Of a stretch of 64,000 nucleotides of DNA, positions 7,739 through 16,864 are shown piece after piece. The stretch is from an uncultured Candidatus Actinomarina sp. (GTDB lineage: Bacteria; Actinomycetota; Acidimicrobiia; Actinomarinales; Actinomarinaceae). Location: positions 179,857 through 243,856 of the forward strand of contig CACPJC010000001.1 of assembly GCA_902634185.1 (NCBI GenBank), read 5' to 3'. Position 1 is the first letter of the stretch. Every line of letters begins with the position of its first letter. The translations under genes were made by a program, and so were the position numbers. The notes beneath the pieces were generated by a model. It saw nothing but the letters and a program-made list of their open reading frames with translations. It was not told the DNA's origin and made no database searches.

Positions 7739-8563
7739 TTATCGAAGATTTAACGACCTGTTTCTAAAACCAATAAATCCAATTGCCAAAAATATTAAAG
7801 TTTTTCCAACTACAAGAAATATATCTTCACCAACTAAACCATCTTGATAAGGATTTCCATATGCTCCAAAGGATGAAATATTTTCATCAACCCATTGAAA
7901 GAAATCATTAGTTCCTGAAAGTGAATTTGTTAGGTACTCAAAAGCCATTAAGCCTCCACCAAAAGCCCACGCCATTGAAGACTTTCCAGTGAAAGCCCCA
8001 AGTGCAAAACCGAGTGCACCAAAGCTTACACCAGCTAATGCTGCTTGAAGTGTTGCTTTCATCAACGGCCCATAATCAAGTGTTTGACTAAGCTCCATTG
8101 TCGCAATTGGAATAAACATTATATTGGTCCATGCGAAGGTAACAAACAAGCCAAAGAGCACTGTAATGATTGCTTGTGATAAATATACTGTTGATCTTGT
8201 CATTGGTAGTGAAGCAACAAATTCAAAAGTTCCATCTTCCTCAGCTTTTGATCCCAACTTATTTAAAAGAATTATTGTCGCTGTACCAATCAAAAGTGGT
8301 ACAAATGGTACTAGGAAATAAGTTGTTACCATCCCTTCTAGTGTAAAAACATTATCCCAATCTGATATTCCTAATAAACTCATCGCAGTATCATTTTCAG
8401 AGATTCCTCTAAAAGCTTCTCTTTGAGTATCAATAAGTAGACTTTCTACACTTGAATTTGCAAAAGCCAATGGAAGTATCAATAGATAAACTCCTCCTGA
8501 TATTGCCCAATTTAATATGAATTTTCTAGGTACCCTAATCATATATTTTAGATAATTAAGCAT
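7739..8563 (-). CDS. ABC-2 type exporter permease
   Basis: About 6 TM, EEDGTFEFVASLPMTR motif; start moved to ATG 8563 overlapping the ATPase stop. Confidence 0.8.
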   Translation of the reverse strand: MLNYLKYMIRVPRKFILNWAISGGVYLLILPLAFANSSVESLLIDTQREAFRGISENDTAMSLLGISDWDNVFTLEGMVTTYFLVPFVPLLIGTATIILLNKLGSKAEEDGTFEFVASLPMTRSTVYLSQAIITVLFGLFVTFAWTNIMFIPIATMELSQTLDYGPLMKATLQAALAGVSFGALGFALGAFTGKSSMAWAFGGGLMAFEYLTNSLSGTNDFFQWVDENISSFGAYGNPYQDGLVGEDIFLVVGKTLIFLAIGFIGFRNRSLNLR

Positions 8564-9275
8564 TTGTTTCCTTTCTGTCATAAAACGCAAAGAAAGCATC
8601 TTCTAAATCTTTTCCTTCTTCTTGTGCTTTACTTAAAAATGTTTCATAAGTTTCATCATAAACTTTTACACCTTCTCTTAAAACGGCCATCGAGTTAGCA
8701 ACTTTTTCAACTTCAGAGATTATATGAGAAGACAAGAGTATGGATGCTCCATTATTTGAAAATTCTTCAACTATTTCAAAAAATGACCTCTGATGAAATG
8801 GATCTAGGCCAGAAGTTGGCTCATCTAGAATTAAAGCTTTTGGCTTGTGCAGCACTGCAAGGATTATGGCTGCTTTTTGTCTGTTTCCTTTGGACAGTTC
8901 TTTAATAGATGGGTCTACTTCTAATTCAAATTTGTCTGCTAATTCCATTGCGTAGTCAGTTGACTGTCCTCTCATATCAGCACCAAGTTTAAATAGTGAT
9001 TTAGAATTGAGATTTTGTGGAAGCTGTGGGTCACCAGGAAGATATCCAATGATTTTTTTTGCTTCAACTGGATTTTCAATTGTATTGATTCCTTCAACTG
9101 TAAGAGAACCCTTCGAGGATTTTAAGAAACCCATTAAGCTTCTCATTGTTGTAGATTTTCCTGCACCATTTGGACCGAGTAAACCTTTTACTTCACCATT
9201 ATCAACAGAAATACTGATGTCAGAGACGCCTTTTCCGTTTTTGTATCTCATTGTGAGATTTTTAATTTCAATCAC
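8556..9275 (-). CDS. ABC exporter ATP-binding protein
   Basis: GPNGAGKST, LSKGNRQK, LDEPTSGLDP. Confidence 0.9.
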   Translation of the reverse strand: MIEIKNLTMRYKNGKGVSDISISVDNGEVKGLLGPNGAGKSTTMRSLMGFLKSSKGSLTVEGINTIENPVEAKKIIGYLPGDPQLPQNLNSKSLFKLGADMRGQSTDYAMELADKFELEVDPSIKELSKGNRQKAAIILAVLHKPKALILDEPTSGLDPFHQRSFFEIVEEFSNNGASILLSSHIISEVEKVANSMAVLREGVKVYDETYETFLSKAQEEGKDLEDAFFAFYDRKETNA

Positions 9276-9332
9276 GATTTTATTTTAAACTAAAAAAATT
9301 TAAAATTAAGTAAAATATAGCTAAATAAAGAC

Positions 9333-9470
9333 TTAATTTTCGCTGTCTTCAGAATTTTGTTTTTTTCTTAGCCATGTAAGTAAAAGTGCTGGAATTAAAA
9401 ACATTAGCATTTCATCCCATCCACCTTGGTGGTGAAAAACTGGTGGACTATTTGTGAAAATTAAGTTCAT
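9333..9470 (-). CDS. Unannotated 45-aa single-TM protein MNLIFTNSPPVFHHQGGWDEMLMFLIPALLLTWLRKKQNSEDSEN
   Basis: Manual translation; ATGA overlap with the nuoN stop; TM followed by RKK. Confidence 0.7.
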   Translation of the reverse strand: MNLIFTNSPPVFHHQGGWDEMLMFLIPALLLTWLRKKQNSEDSEN

Positions 9471-10939
9471 AAATAACTACGTACTATCCATCTTGAAATA
9501 TTTATCAAAGAGCTGGGAACAAGGCCAAAAAATATAGTCAATGTCACTAAAGTACTAATTACTAAATATTCAGATTTTTTTAATTTCAATATCTCTATAG
9601 GTGCTTCTGTCTTTTCAATAGTTGCTATCCAAATTGGTCTTAAGTAAAAATAAAATCCTGCAACCGTTGACAATAAAAGAATGGAAACAAGGAGATATTT
9701 TTCATAAGCCCATAAGTTTGTTAACAAAATAAATTTTGAGACGAATCCGCTTGTTAAAGGAATTCCCGCTAAACCAAACATAAATACGCAAAATGAAGTT
9801 GCAAGAAACCGATTATTTATAAATAATCCCTGAATACTTTGAATGTTAAATTCTGATGATAGTTTTCCATTTATAATTGAAAAAATTATAAATATTCCAA
9901 TTAATTGGAGTATGTAAGTAAATAGATAAAACATAGATGCACTTGTTCCATTTATACCTGATACAATTCCAGATAAAATAAATCCAGACTGGACTACACC
10001 ACTATAAGCTAAAAGCCTTTTTAAATCTTCTTGTATAGATGCAAATAAAGAACCAATGAGAGCAGAAGAAACAATAACTATTAAAAAGAAGATATTGAAA
10101 TTTTCAATAATCAAGTTTGTTGATACCAAACAAAGTCTTGCAATAACAATAAATGATGAAACTTTGGCTATTGAAGACATGAATCCAACATATCCCGTTG
10201 GTGAACCTTGATAAACATCAGGAGCCCAGGATTGAAAAGGTGCAGCAGCAATTTTAAATAGTAAACCAATAAAAATAAGCAAAACACCTATTGATGTTGT
10301 AAGTGGTACAGAATCAGGTCCAACATAAGCGATACCTAAGGCAAGGTTATAAACACTAAAAACTGAAAAAGATACATAGACTAAAGAGACACCGTAAATC
10401 AATATACAAGATGCGAGCGACCCTAACAGAAAATACTTTAGGGAAGCCTCATTACTTAGCTTGTCGCCTCTATTTAAACCAGCGAGAGCATATAAACTAA
10501 TAGATCCAATCTCCAAACCAATAAATAACATTATTAAATTTTCAGAGTCCACCATTAACATAAAGCCAGAAGCACTCATCAGAGTGAGAATTATTGCCTC
10601 CGTTGTTTTTTCTTTTAATTGTTTTGATGAGTCCCAAATAGGTAAAAAATTAAATAATAAAATAAGCGAAATTAAGACATTACCAAACAGAGAAAATTCG
10701 TCTAATAATATTTTTTGAGTGAAATATGAACTTACTCCATTCTCTAAAAACAATCCAAACTTTAAAAATACACAAAAACAAGTAATAAGCATTCCCATAA
10801 ACGTAATTGATTTTTTTACAATTTCATTAGATTCAATAGTGATTGTAAAAAATAGAAGAACCAAGGCTGTACCAACTAAAGCAATGGTTGGAGAAATTAC
10901 AATTAAATTGAAACCTATTGCTGCACTAATTTCACTCAT
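9467..10939 (-). CDS. nuoN: NADH-quinone oxidoreductase subunit N
   Basis: EASLKYFLLG, FKIAAAPF, WAPDVYQG. Confidence 0.95.
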   Translation of the reverse strand: MSEISAAIGFNLIVISPTIALVGTALVLLFFTITIESNEIVKKSITFMGMLITCFCVFLKFGLFLENGVSSYFTQKILLDEFSLFGNVLISLILLFNFLPIWDSSKQLKEKTTEAIILTLMSASGFMLMVDSENLIMLFIGLEIGSISLYALAGLNRGDKLSNEASLKYFLLGSLASCILIYGVSLVYVSFSVFSVYNLALGIAYVGPDSVPLTTSIGVLLIFIGLLFKIAAAPFQSWAPDVYQGSPTGYVGFMSSIAKVSSFIVIARLCLVSTNLIIENFNIFFLIVIVSSALIGSLFASIQEDLKRLLAYSGVVQSGFILSGIVSGINGTSASMFYLFTYILQLIGIFIIFSIINGKLSSEFNIQSIQGLFINNRFLATSFCVFMFGLAGIPLTSGFVSKFILLTNLWAYEKYLLVSILLLSTVAGFYFYLRPIWIATIEKTEAPIEILKLKKSEYLVISTLVTLTIFFGLVPSSLINISRWIVRSYL

Positions 10940-12426
10940 TGTGAAACTCCTATGAGATTGCTAATTGATTCATAAATTACTGATACATCTTGAACAACGT
11001 AGCTTTCTATAAAACTTGGATATATGCCAATGAACAACATTAAAGCAAGTAATGGACCTACTGCTACCAGTTCTTTTGAATTTAAATCTGTCAACACAGC
11101 ATTTTCATCATTATCTATTTGTCCATTAAACATCCTTTGATAAGCCCAAAGCATATAAATTGCTGCAAGGACAACACCAAATGCTGCAACAGAGGTAAGA
11201 ACTTTAAAAGTCGGATAACTTCCCATTAAAATCATAAACTCACCAACAAATCCATTGAGTCCCGGTAGTCCTATCGAAGCAAATGAGGTAAATAAGAATA
11301 TTGATGCATATATTGGCATTGATTTTCTCAAACCCCCAAAATCTGATATTCTCCTTGTGTGTCTTCGGTCATATAAAAATCCAACAAGCATAAATAATGC
11401 ACCAGAAGTTATACCGTGATTTATCATTTGAATTACAGCGCCTTCAAGACTTAAGTATCTTCCTGCTGAAATACCGAGCATTACAAATCCCATGTGGCTT
11501 ATTGAGGAATATGCAATTAGTTTTTTAATGTCTATTTGAACAATTGCTACGATTGCACCATAAATTATCCCTACAACAGATAGAAATGCAATTATGAATT
11601 GGTACCTAAGAAATCCTTCTGTAAAAAAAGGAATTGATACTCTTAATATTCCATAAGCTCCAACTTTCAAAAGAACTCCAGCCAACAAGATACTTCCAGC
11701 GGTAGGTGCTTCCACGTGAGCATCTGGTAACCAGGTGTGAAGTGGAAATAAAGGTACTTTTACAAGGAAACCAAATGTGAATAGTAAAAATAATATTTCT
11801 GACTGGTTGGTGGTAATTGGCATAACTGCTATTGATTCAAAATCTAGCGCAAATTTACCAGATGAAATGTAGCTTAAAACTCCCGTATATATTGTTCCAG
11901 CGAGGATAAAAATTGAACCAAAGACTGTATATAAAATAAATTTAATTGTTGCATATCTTCTATTACTTCCACCCCAGATACCCATTAAAAAATACATTGG
12001 AATTAGCAAGGCTTCAAAAAATATAAATAATGAAACTAAATCACCTGCCAAGAATACTCCATTTACAGCAGCTTGTAAGAGCATGATTGATCCCAGAAAT
12101 CCTTTACTTTCTGCATATTCTTGATTTACTGAAAGAATTGACAATAATACAAGCAAACAATTTAATGTAATTAATAAAAATGACATTCCAGAAAGTCCAA
12201 TAATCAAATCTATTCCATATGCTGTAATCCAAGGTATTGAATCAAATTTTAAAAAGCTTGTTTTTAAATTTTGATTTACAAACATATACAAACAGAGACC
12301 TAATGGGATCAAGCTTAAATAAACTGTTAAAGGTCTGAAAAGTTCTTTCCTTCTGTTTGGTATAAGAAAAACAAATATTGAATTAATTACTGGAAGCAAT
12401 ATAAAGCTATAAATCAAACTTGTCAT
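10936..12426 (-). CDS. nuoM: NADH-quinone oxidoreductase subunit M
   Basis: KVPLFPLHTWLPDAHVEAPT. Confidence 0.95.
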   Translation of the reverse strand: MTSLIYSFILLPVINSIFVFLIPNRRKELFRPLTVYLSLIPLGLCLYMFVNQNLKTSFLKFDSIPWITAYGIDLIIGLSGMSFLLITLNCLLVLLSILSVNQEYAESKGFLGSIMLLQAAVNGVFLAGDLVSLFIFFEALLIPMYFLMGIWGGSNRRYATIKFILYTVFGSIFILAGTIYTGVLSYISSGKFALDFESIAVMPITTNQSEILFLLFTFGFLVKVPLFPLHTWLPDAHVEAPTAGSILLAGVLLKVGAYGILRVSIPFFTEGFLRYQFIIAFLSVVGIIYGAIVAIVQIDIKKLIAYSSISHMGFVMLGISAGRYLSLEGAVIQMINHGITSGALFMLVGFLYDRRHTRRISDFGGLRKSMPIYASIFLFTSFASIGLPGLNGFVGEFMILMGSYPTFKVLTSVAAFGVVLAAIYMLWAYQRMFNGQIDNDENAVLTDLNSKELVAVGPLLALMLFIGIYPSFIESYVVQDVSVIYESISNLIGVSQ

Positions 12427-14312
12427 GATAAGACTCCAGGTGACAATAAAAATACAAGAATAAGTGCCAGCATGAAAAGTCCAAAATACACAACATAGCT
12501 TCTTACAAGACCAGTTTGTGAAAAGGAAATTTGTTGAGATGATTTTAAAAATGACCTTGCTACTCCGTTAATAAATCCATCAATAGTCATACCATCAACA
12601 CTTACAGCGACTTTTCTTGATAATGATTTCATACCTTTAACAAAAATTAGATTTCCTATTTTATTTAAATAAAGAACATCTTTTGAAAGCTTTTTGAATA
12701 GTTTTAAAAAAGGTATTTTTATTTTAAAGTAGCTAAAAATATCAAAGATATAAATCAAGTATGCAAGTGCAAGGCCTGTAAAGCCTGCACCAATTGATAG
12801 AAATGCCAAAACTGCCAGAGTTATACCTTTTGGAAGGTGAGTAACTTCTACGTTGTAAAGAGTTTCATGTAATACTTTTTCTAAACCATGAAAAAAAGGT
12901 GTATTTATAAATCCAATAAATATAGAAAAAAGGCCAAGTAGAATCAAAGGCCTTGTCATATTTTTTGGTGCTTCATTTACACTGTCTAATTCATTGGATG
13001 GCTCTTTTACAAAAATTAATAACCAGTGCCTACCCATGTAAAAAGCAGTCATTAATGCAGCTAAAAGAGATAAAGCCCAGAATCCATAATAAATACCTCC
13101 TCTAGCAAATACCGAAGCTAGTATTTCATCCTTTGACCAAAATCCTGCAAGCGGTGGAATACCAGATATAGCTAAAGTTCCAATTCCCATCATTGCAGCA
13201 GTTACTGGCATTTTTTTTCTAAGACCGCCCATTTTATAAATATTTTGTTCGTGATGCATTTCATGAATTACAGCCCCTGCTCCAAGAAATAGCAGTGCTT
13301 TAAAAAACGCATGTGTTACGAGATGAAATATTGCTGCAACATAGGCTCCTGCTCCAATAGCTATGAACATAAATCCAAGTTGTGAAATTGTTGAATAAGC
13401 CAAAACTTTTTTTATGTCGTCTTGATTTATCGCAGCAAAAGCAGAAATTAGAGCTGTTAAAAGTCCAAGACTAATTATTGTGATACTTCCTATTTCTGAA
13501 AATTGCAATAGTGGTGAAATTCTAACCAGCATAAACACACCAGCTGTAACCATTGTTGCGGCATGAATCAATGCGCTTGCGGGTGTTGGTCCTTCCATTG
13601 CATCTGGTAACCAGCTAAATAGAGGAAACTGAGCAGATTTTCCGAAAGCACCTAAAAGTAAAAACAAAATTATAAGGTCTAAATTTTCAGGTCTTGTTTT
13701 TAGAGTGTCTTCAAATATACTCAAAAAGTTAAAGGTTTCAAAATAATTTAAAATCATCATGAGACCAATAAGGAATCCAAAGTCTCCTATCCTGTTCAAA
13801 ATAAATGCTTTGTTTCCTGCTTTTGATGCTGATTTCTTTTCTGACCAAAAAGATATTAAAAGATAAGAGCTTAATCCAACTAGTTCCCATCCAAAAAACA
13901 TTACTAAAAAATTTCCAGACATCACAAGCAGTAACATTGAGAAAACAAAAAAATTGAAATATTCAAAGTATTTTGTGTACTTTTCATCTTTGCTCATATA
14001 TGAGGTTGAAAAAAGTTGAATTACAAGACTTAAAGTAGAAATTAAAACCATCATTACCCCAGATAGTCCATCTAGATAAAATTCAAATACTATTTGTGGA
14101 TCAGGAAACCACTCAAAGAGCTCGAACTTAAGTGGTTTAAATTTATCCAAAAAAATATATCCAAATAAGAAAAAAGATACAGCAACAGATAAAAGGGAAG
14201 CATTCAAAGTTACAAAATTTGTAAGTAACTCATTCATGTATTTTCCAGCAACTTTTAAAAGTAGCGATGTAAGAAACGGAATTAGTAATACTCCTAGAAT
14301 TAAAATTTCCAA
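12423..14312 (-). CDS. nuoL: NADH-quinone oxidoreductase subunit L
   Basis: GKSAQFPL, WLPDAMEGPTP, HAFFKALLF. Confidence 0.95.
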   Translation of the reverse strand: MEILILGVLLIPFLTSLLLKVAGKYMNELLTNFVTLNASLLSVAVSFFLFGYIFLDKFKPLKFELFEWFPDPQIVFEFYLDGLSGVMMVLISTLSLVIQLFSTSYMSKDEKYTKYFEYFNFFVFSMLLLVMSGNFLVMFFGWELVGLSSYLLISFWSEKKSASKAGNKAFILNRIGDFGFLIGLMMILNYFETFNFLSIFEDTLKTRPENLDLIILFLLLGAFGKSAQFPLFSWLPDAMEGPTPASALIHAATMVTAGVFMLVRISPLLQFSEIGSITIISLGLLTALISAFAAINQDDIKKVLAYSTISQLGFMFIAIGAGAYVAAIFHLVTHAFFKALLFLGAGAVIHEMHHEQNIYKMGGLRKKMPVTAAMMGIGTLAISGIPPLAGFWSKDEILASVFARGGIYYGFWALSLLAALMTAFYMGRHWLLIFVKEPSNELDSVNEAPKNMTRPLILLGLFSIFIGFINTPFFHGLEKVLHETLYNVEVTHLPKGITLAVLAFLSIGAGFTGLALAYLIYIFDIFSYFKIKIPFLKLFKKLSKDVLYLNKIGNLIFVKGMKSLSRKVAVSVDGMTIDGFINGVARSFLKSSQQISFSQTGLVRSYVVYFGLFMLALILVFLLSPGVLS

Positions 14313-14314
14313 AT

Positions 14315-14623
14315 TTACCCTTTCGAAGAACTTAACATGTCAACAGAGGCTGATTCTTGTTTTTTAAATATTGAGACAATTATCGCAAGACCAACTACAA
14401 CTTCTGCAGCAGCAACGACTAGTACAAAAAAGACTGCAATTTGACCATCGACTAATCCCAAATGGTTTGAAGCTGTGATAAATGTTAAATTAACAGCGTT
14501 AAGCATAAGCTCAATACACATAAACATAATCAATGCATTTTTACGAATCATCATACCGAGGAATCCAATTGAAAAAAGTATGGCTGACAGAGTTAGATAC
14601 CAATCAGAGGTTACTTCAATCAT
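14315..14623 (-). CDS. nuoK: NADH-quinone oxidoreductase subunit K
   Basis: [20 protein letters not shown]. Confidence 0.95.
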   Translation of the reverse strand: MIEVTSDWYLTLSAILFSIGFLGMMIRKNALIMFMCIELMLNAVNLTFITASNHLGLVDGQIAVFFVLVVAAAEVVVGLAIIVSIFKKQESASVDMLSSSKG

Positions 14624-15143
14624 TGGTCTCTCTTTTTCTAAACTCGTAAGCTAAAGCTAATGCTGCAGTTGTAGCAACGATCAGAAGGATTGATATAACT
14701 TCAAAAGGAAAGACCCACGACGTAAACATTGCAGATGCTAAAAGTGACGGTGTACCTTCTAATGTATTTTGAGATTGAGGAAATAATAAATTCCAATTGA
14801 ATCCATTTTCTAAACCAATAAATACAACAACCGAAACTAATAAAATTAAAGTTCCAGATATGAGTAATTTTTGACCTTTAATTTGCTCTTTGGTTTGTTC
14901 TGGTTTGTCAACACCAATCATCATTATGACAAACAAAAATAATGTCATTACAGCGCCTGCATAAACTAACATCTGGACCATTGCAACAAAAGTTGCGTTA
15001 AGTGAAATATACAAAATAGCTAGTGATGTAAGTGTTAGTACCAGTCCCATTGCATTGTGTACTGGATTTCTGGCAAAAATTACTATGAGCGCTCCTAGAA
15101 TTATAAACAATCCAGGAATCGCAAATAGCAGTAAATCTGTCAC
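14616..15143 (-). CDS. nuoJ: NADH-quinone oxidoreductase subunit J
   Basis: [25 protein letters not shown]. Confidence 0.95.
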   Translation of the reverse strand: MTDLLLFAIPGLFIILGALIVIFARNPVHNAMGLVLTLTSLAILYISLNATFVAMVQMLVYAGAVMTLFLFVIMMIGVDKPEQTKEQIKGQKLLISGTLILLVSVVVFIGLENGFNWNLLFPQSQNTLEGTPSLLASAMFTSWVFPFEVISILLIVATTAALALAYEFRKRETND

Positions 15144-15144
15144 A

Positions 15145-15759
15145 CTATTCTTCTTCTAAAAATTGACCCTTTTCAGGATCTCTTTTTCCAACTCCAAGGG
15201 ACCCTGTCCAGCTTATAATATTTTGATAGTCTGGATTACCATTCGATGATGTTGCTCTCATCCATCCATCAGCTGTTTTTAATTCATTAAAATTTGTTAA
15301 TTTTGTTTGCTCTTCATGAACATTTGGGTTTCCATCATCTCCCACCAATAAGACCTCTTTATCAAAGACTGCTTCATCTCTAGAACCAACACTCATCTCA
15401 AATAAAGATGTCATGGTTATAGCTTCAGTAGGACATGCTTCAACGCACAAACCACAATAAATACATCTGAGCATATTTATTTCATATATAAAACCATATC
15501 TCTCACCTGGACTTATTGGTTGTTCCTCAGGATTATCCTCACCTCTGACATAAATACACTGGGCAGGACATACTCCAGCACAAAGTTCGCACCCTATACA
15601 TTTTTCCATTCCATCTTCATATTTATTTAAAACATGTCTTCCATGAAATCTTTGTGGTTTGTTTCTAAACTCTTTAGGGTATTTGTCTGTTACAGATTTT
15701 TTGAATAGCTCTTTAAAAGTTACCTTCAATCCTTTAACTAAGTCATAACCTGCACTCAT
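15145..15759 (-). CDS. nuoI: NADH-quinone oxidoreductase subunit I
   Basis: Two CxxCxxCxxxCP ferredoxin motifs; start probably ATG 15759 (ORF track gives 15786). Confidence 0.95.
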   Translation of the reverse strand: MSAGYDLVKGLKVTFKELFKKSVTDKYPKEFRNKPQRFHGRHVLNKYEDGMEKCIGCELCAGVCPAQCIYVRGEDNPEEQPISPGERYGFIYEINMLRCIYCGLCVEACPTEAITMTSLFEMSVGSRDEAVFDKEVLLVGDDGNPNVHEEQTKLTNFNELKTADGWMRATSSNGNPDYQNIISWTGSLGVGKRDPEKGQFLEEE

Positions 15760-15766
15760 AATTTTC

Positions 15767-16864
15767 CTAACTCCAAGGTAGTCCAAACTCTCTTATACCA
15801 AGCACAATTGATGAAATCATTAGCCATATTAGTGATAGGGGTATAAGTCTCTTCCATCCTAACTCCATTAGTTGGTCATATCTTAGTCTTGGGAGTGTTG
15901 CTCTAATCCAGAAGTAAACAAATAAGAGACCGAAAGTTTTAACACCCAACCATATTGTTGGCATTATTGCTGATAGAAACGGTGGTAAAACTCCAGCGAA
16001 AGTTGGGCCTAACCATCCGCCCAAGAAAAAAGTTGCTGTTATTGCACACATATTAAACATATTTATATATTCAGCTAAAAAAAACATTGCAAATCTGAAA
16101 CCTGAATATTCTGTATGAAACCCACCAACTAATTCTTGTTCTGCTTCTACAAGATCAAAAGGAGCTCGGTTTACTTCAGCAATCGAGGCTATGAAAAATA
16201 TTCCAAAAGCTAAAAATTGCGGAAAAATGTTCCAGTTAGGAATGAATCCAATTATTGAATCAACTATTGGAATGGGGCTAGATAAATATCCTGATTGACT
16301 CTCTACAATTTTCGACATTGACATAGATCCTGAATACAAAATAATTGGTACTAATGAAAGACCCATTGCAGCTTCGTATGAAATCATTTGGGCAGAAGCT
16401 CTTACACCACCCAATAACGGATATTTTGATCCAGAAGACCATCCTGCTAAAACTACGCTGTAAACTGCCAACGAACTCACTGCAAGAAAAAATAAAACGC
16501 CAACATTAATATCTGCTCCTACCATATTAATAAATTGAGATTCCTGACCAATTGTTAAATCAAAACCAGGGCCCAATGGAATTATCATAAATATTAAAAA
16601 AGATGGAACCAACGCAATAATAGGAGCTAATAGATACATAGCTTTATCAGCTTTCATTGGTAAGATTTGCTCTTTTAACAAAAGTTTTATCGCATCTGCT
16701 AAAGTTTGTAATATTCCAAATGGACCAGCTCTATCAGGACCAACTCTTGATTGCATCCCAGCAACAACTTTTCTTTCTAACCAAATAAGAATAATTGTAT
16801 TGGTTAATAAAAGTCCTAAAACTAAAAGTGGTTTAATTAATGCAAGAATAATTTCAGGTGACAA
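15767..16864 (-). CDS. nuoH: NADH-quinone oxidoreductase subunit H
   Basis: ERKVVAGMQSRVGP, NRAPFDLVEAEQELVGG. Confidence 0.95.
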   Translation of the reverse strand: MSPEIILALIKPLLVLGLLLTNTIILIWLERKVVAGMQSRVGPDRAGPFGILQTLADAIKLLLKEQILPMKADKAMYLLAPIIALVPSFLIFMIIPLGPGFDLTIGQESQFINMVGADINVGVLFFLAVSSLAVYSVVLAGWSSGSKYPLLGGVRASAQMISYEAAMGLSLVPIILYSGSMSMSKIVESQSGYLSSPIPIVDSIIGFIPNWNIFPQFLAFGIFFIASIAEVNRAPFDLVEAEQELVGGFHTEYSGFRFAMFFLAEYINMFNMCAITATFFLGGWLGPTFAGVLPPFLSAIMPTIWLGVKTFGLLFVYFWIRATLPRLRYDQLMELGWKRLIPLSLIWLMISSIVLGIREFGLPWS

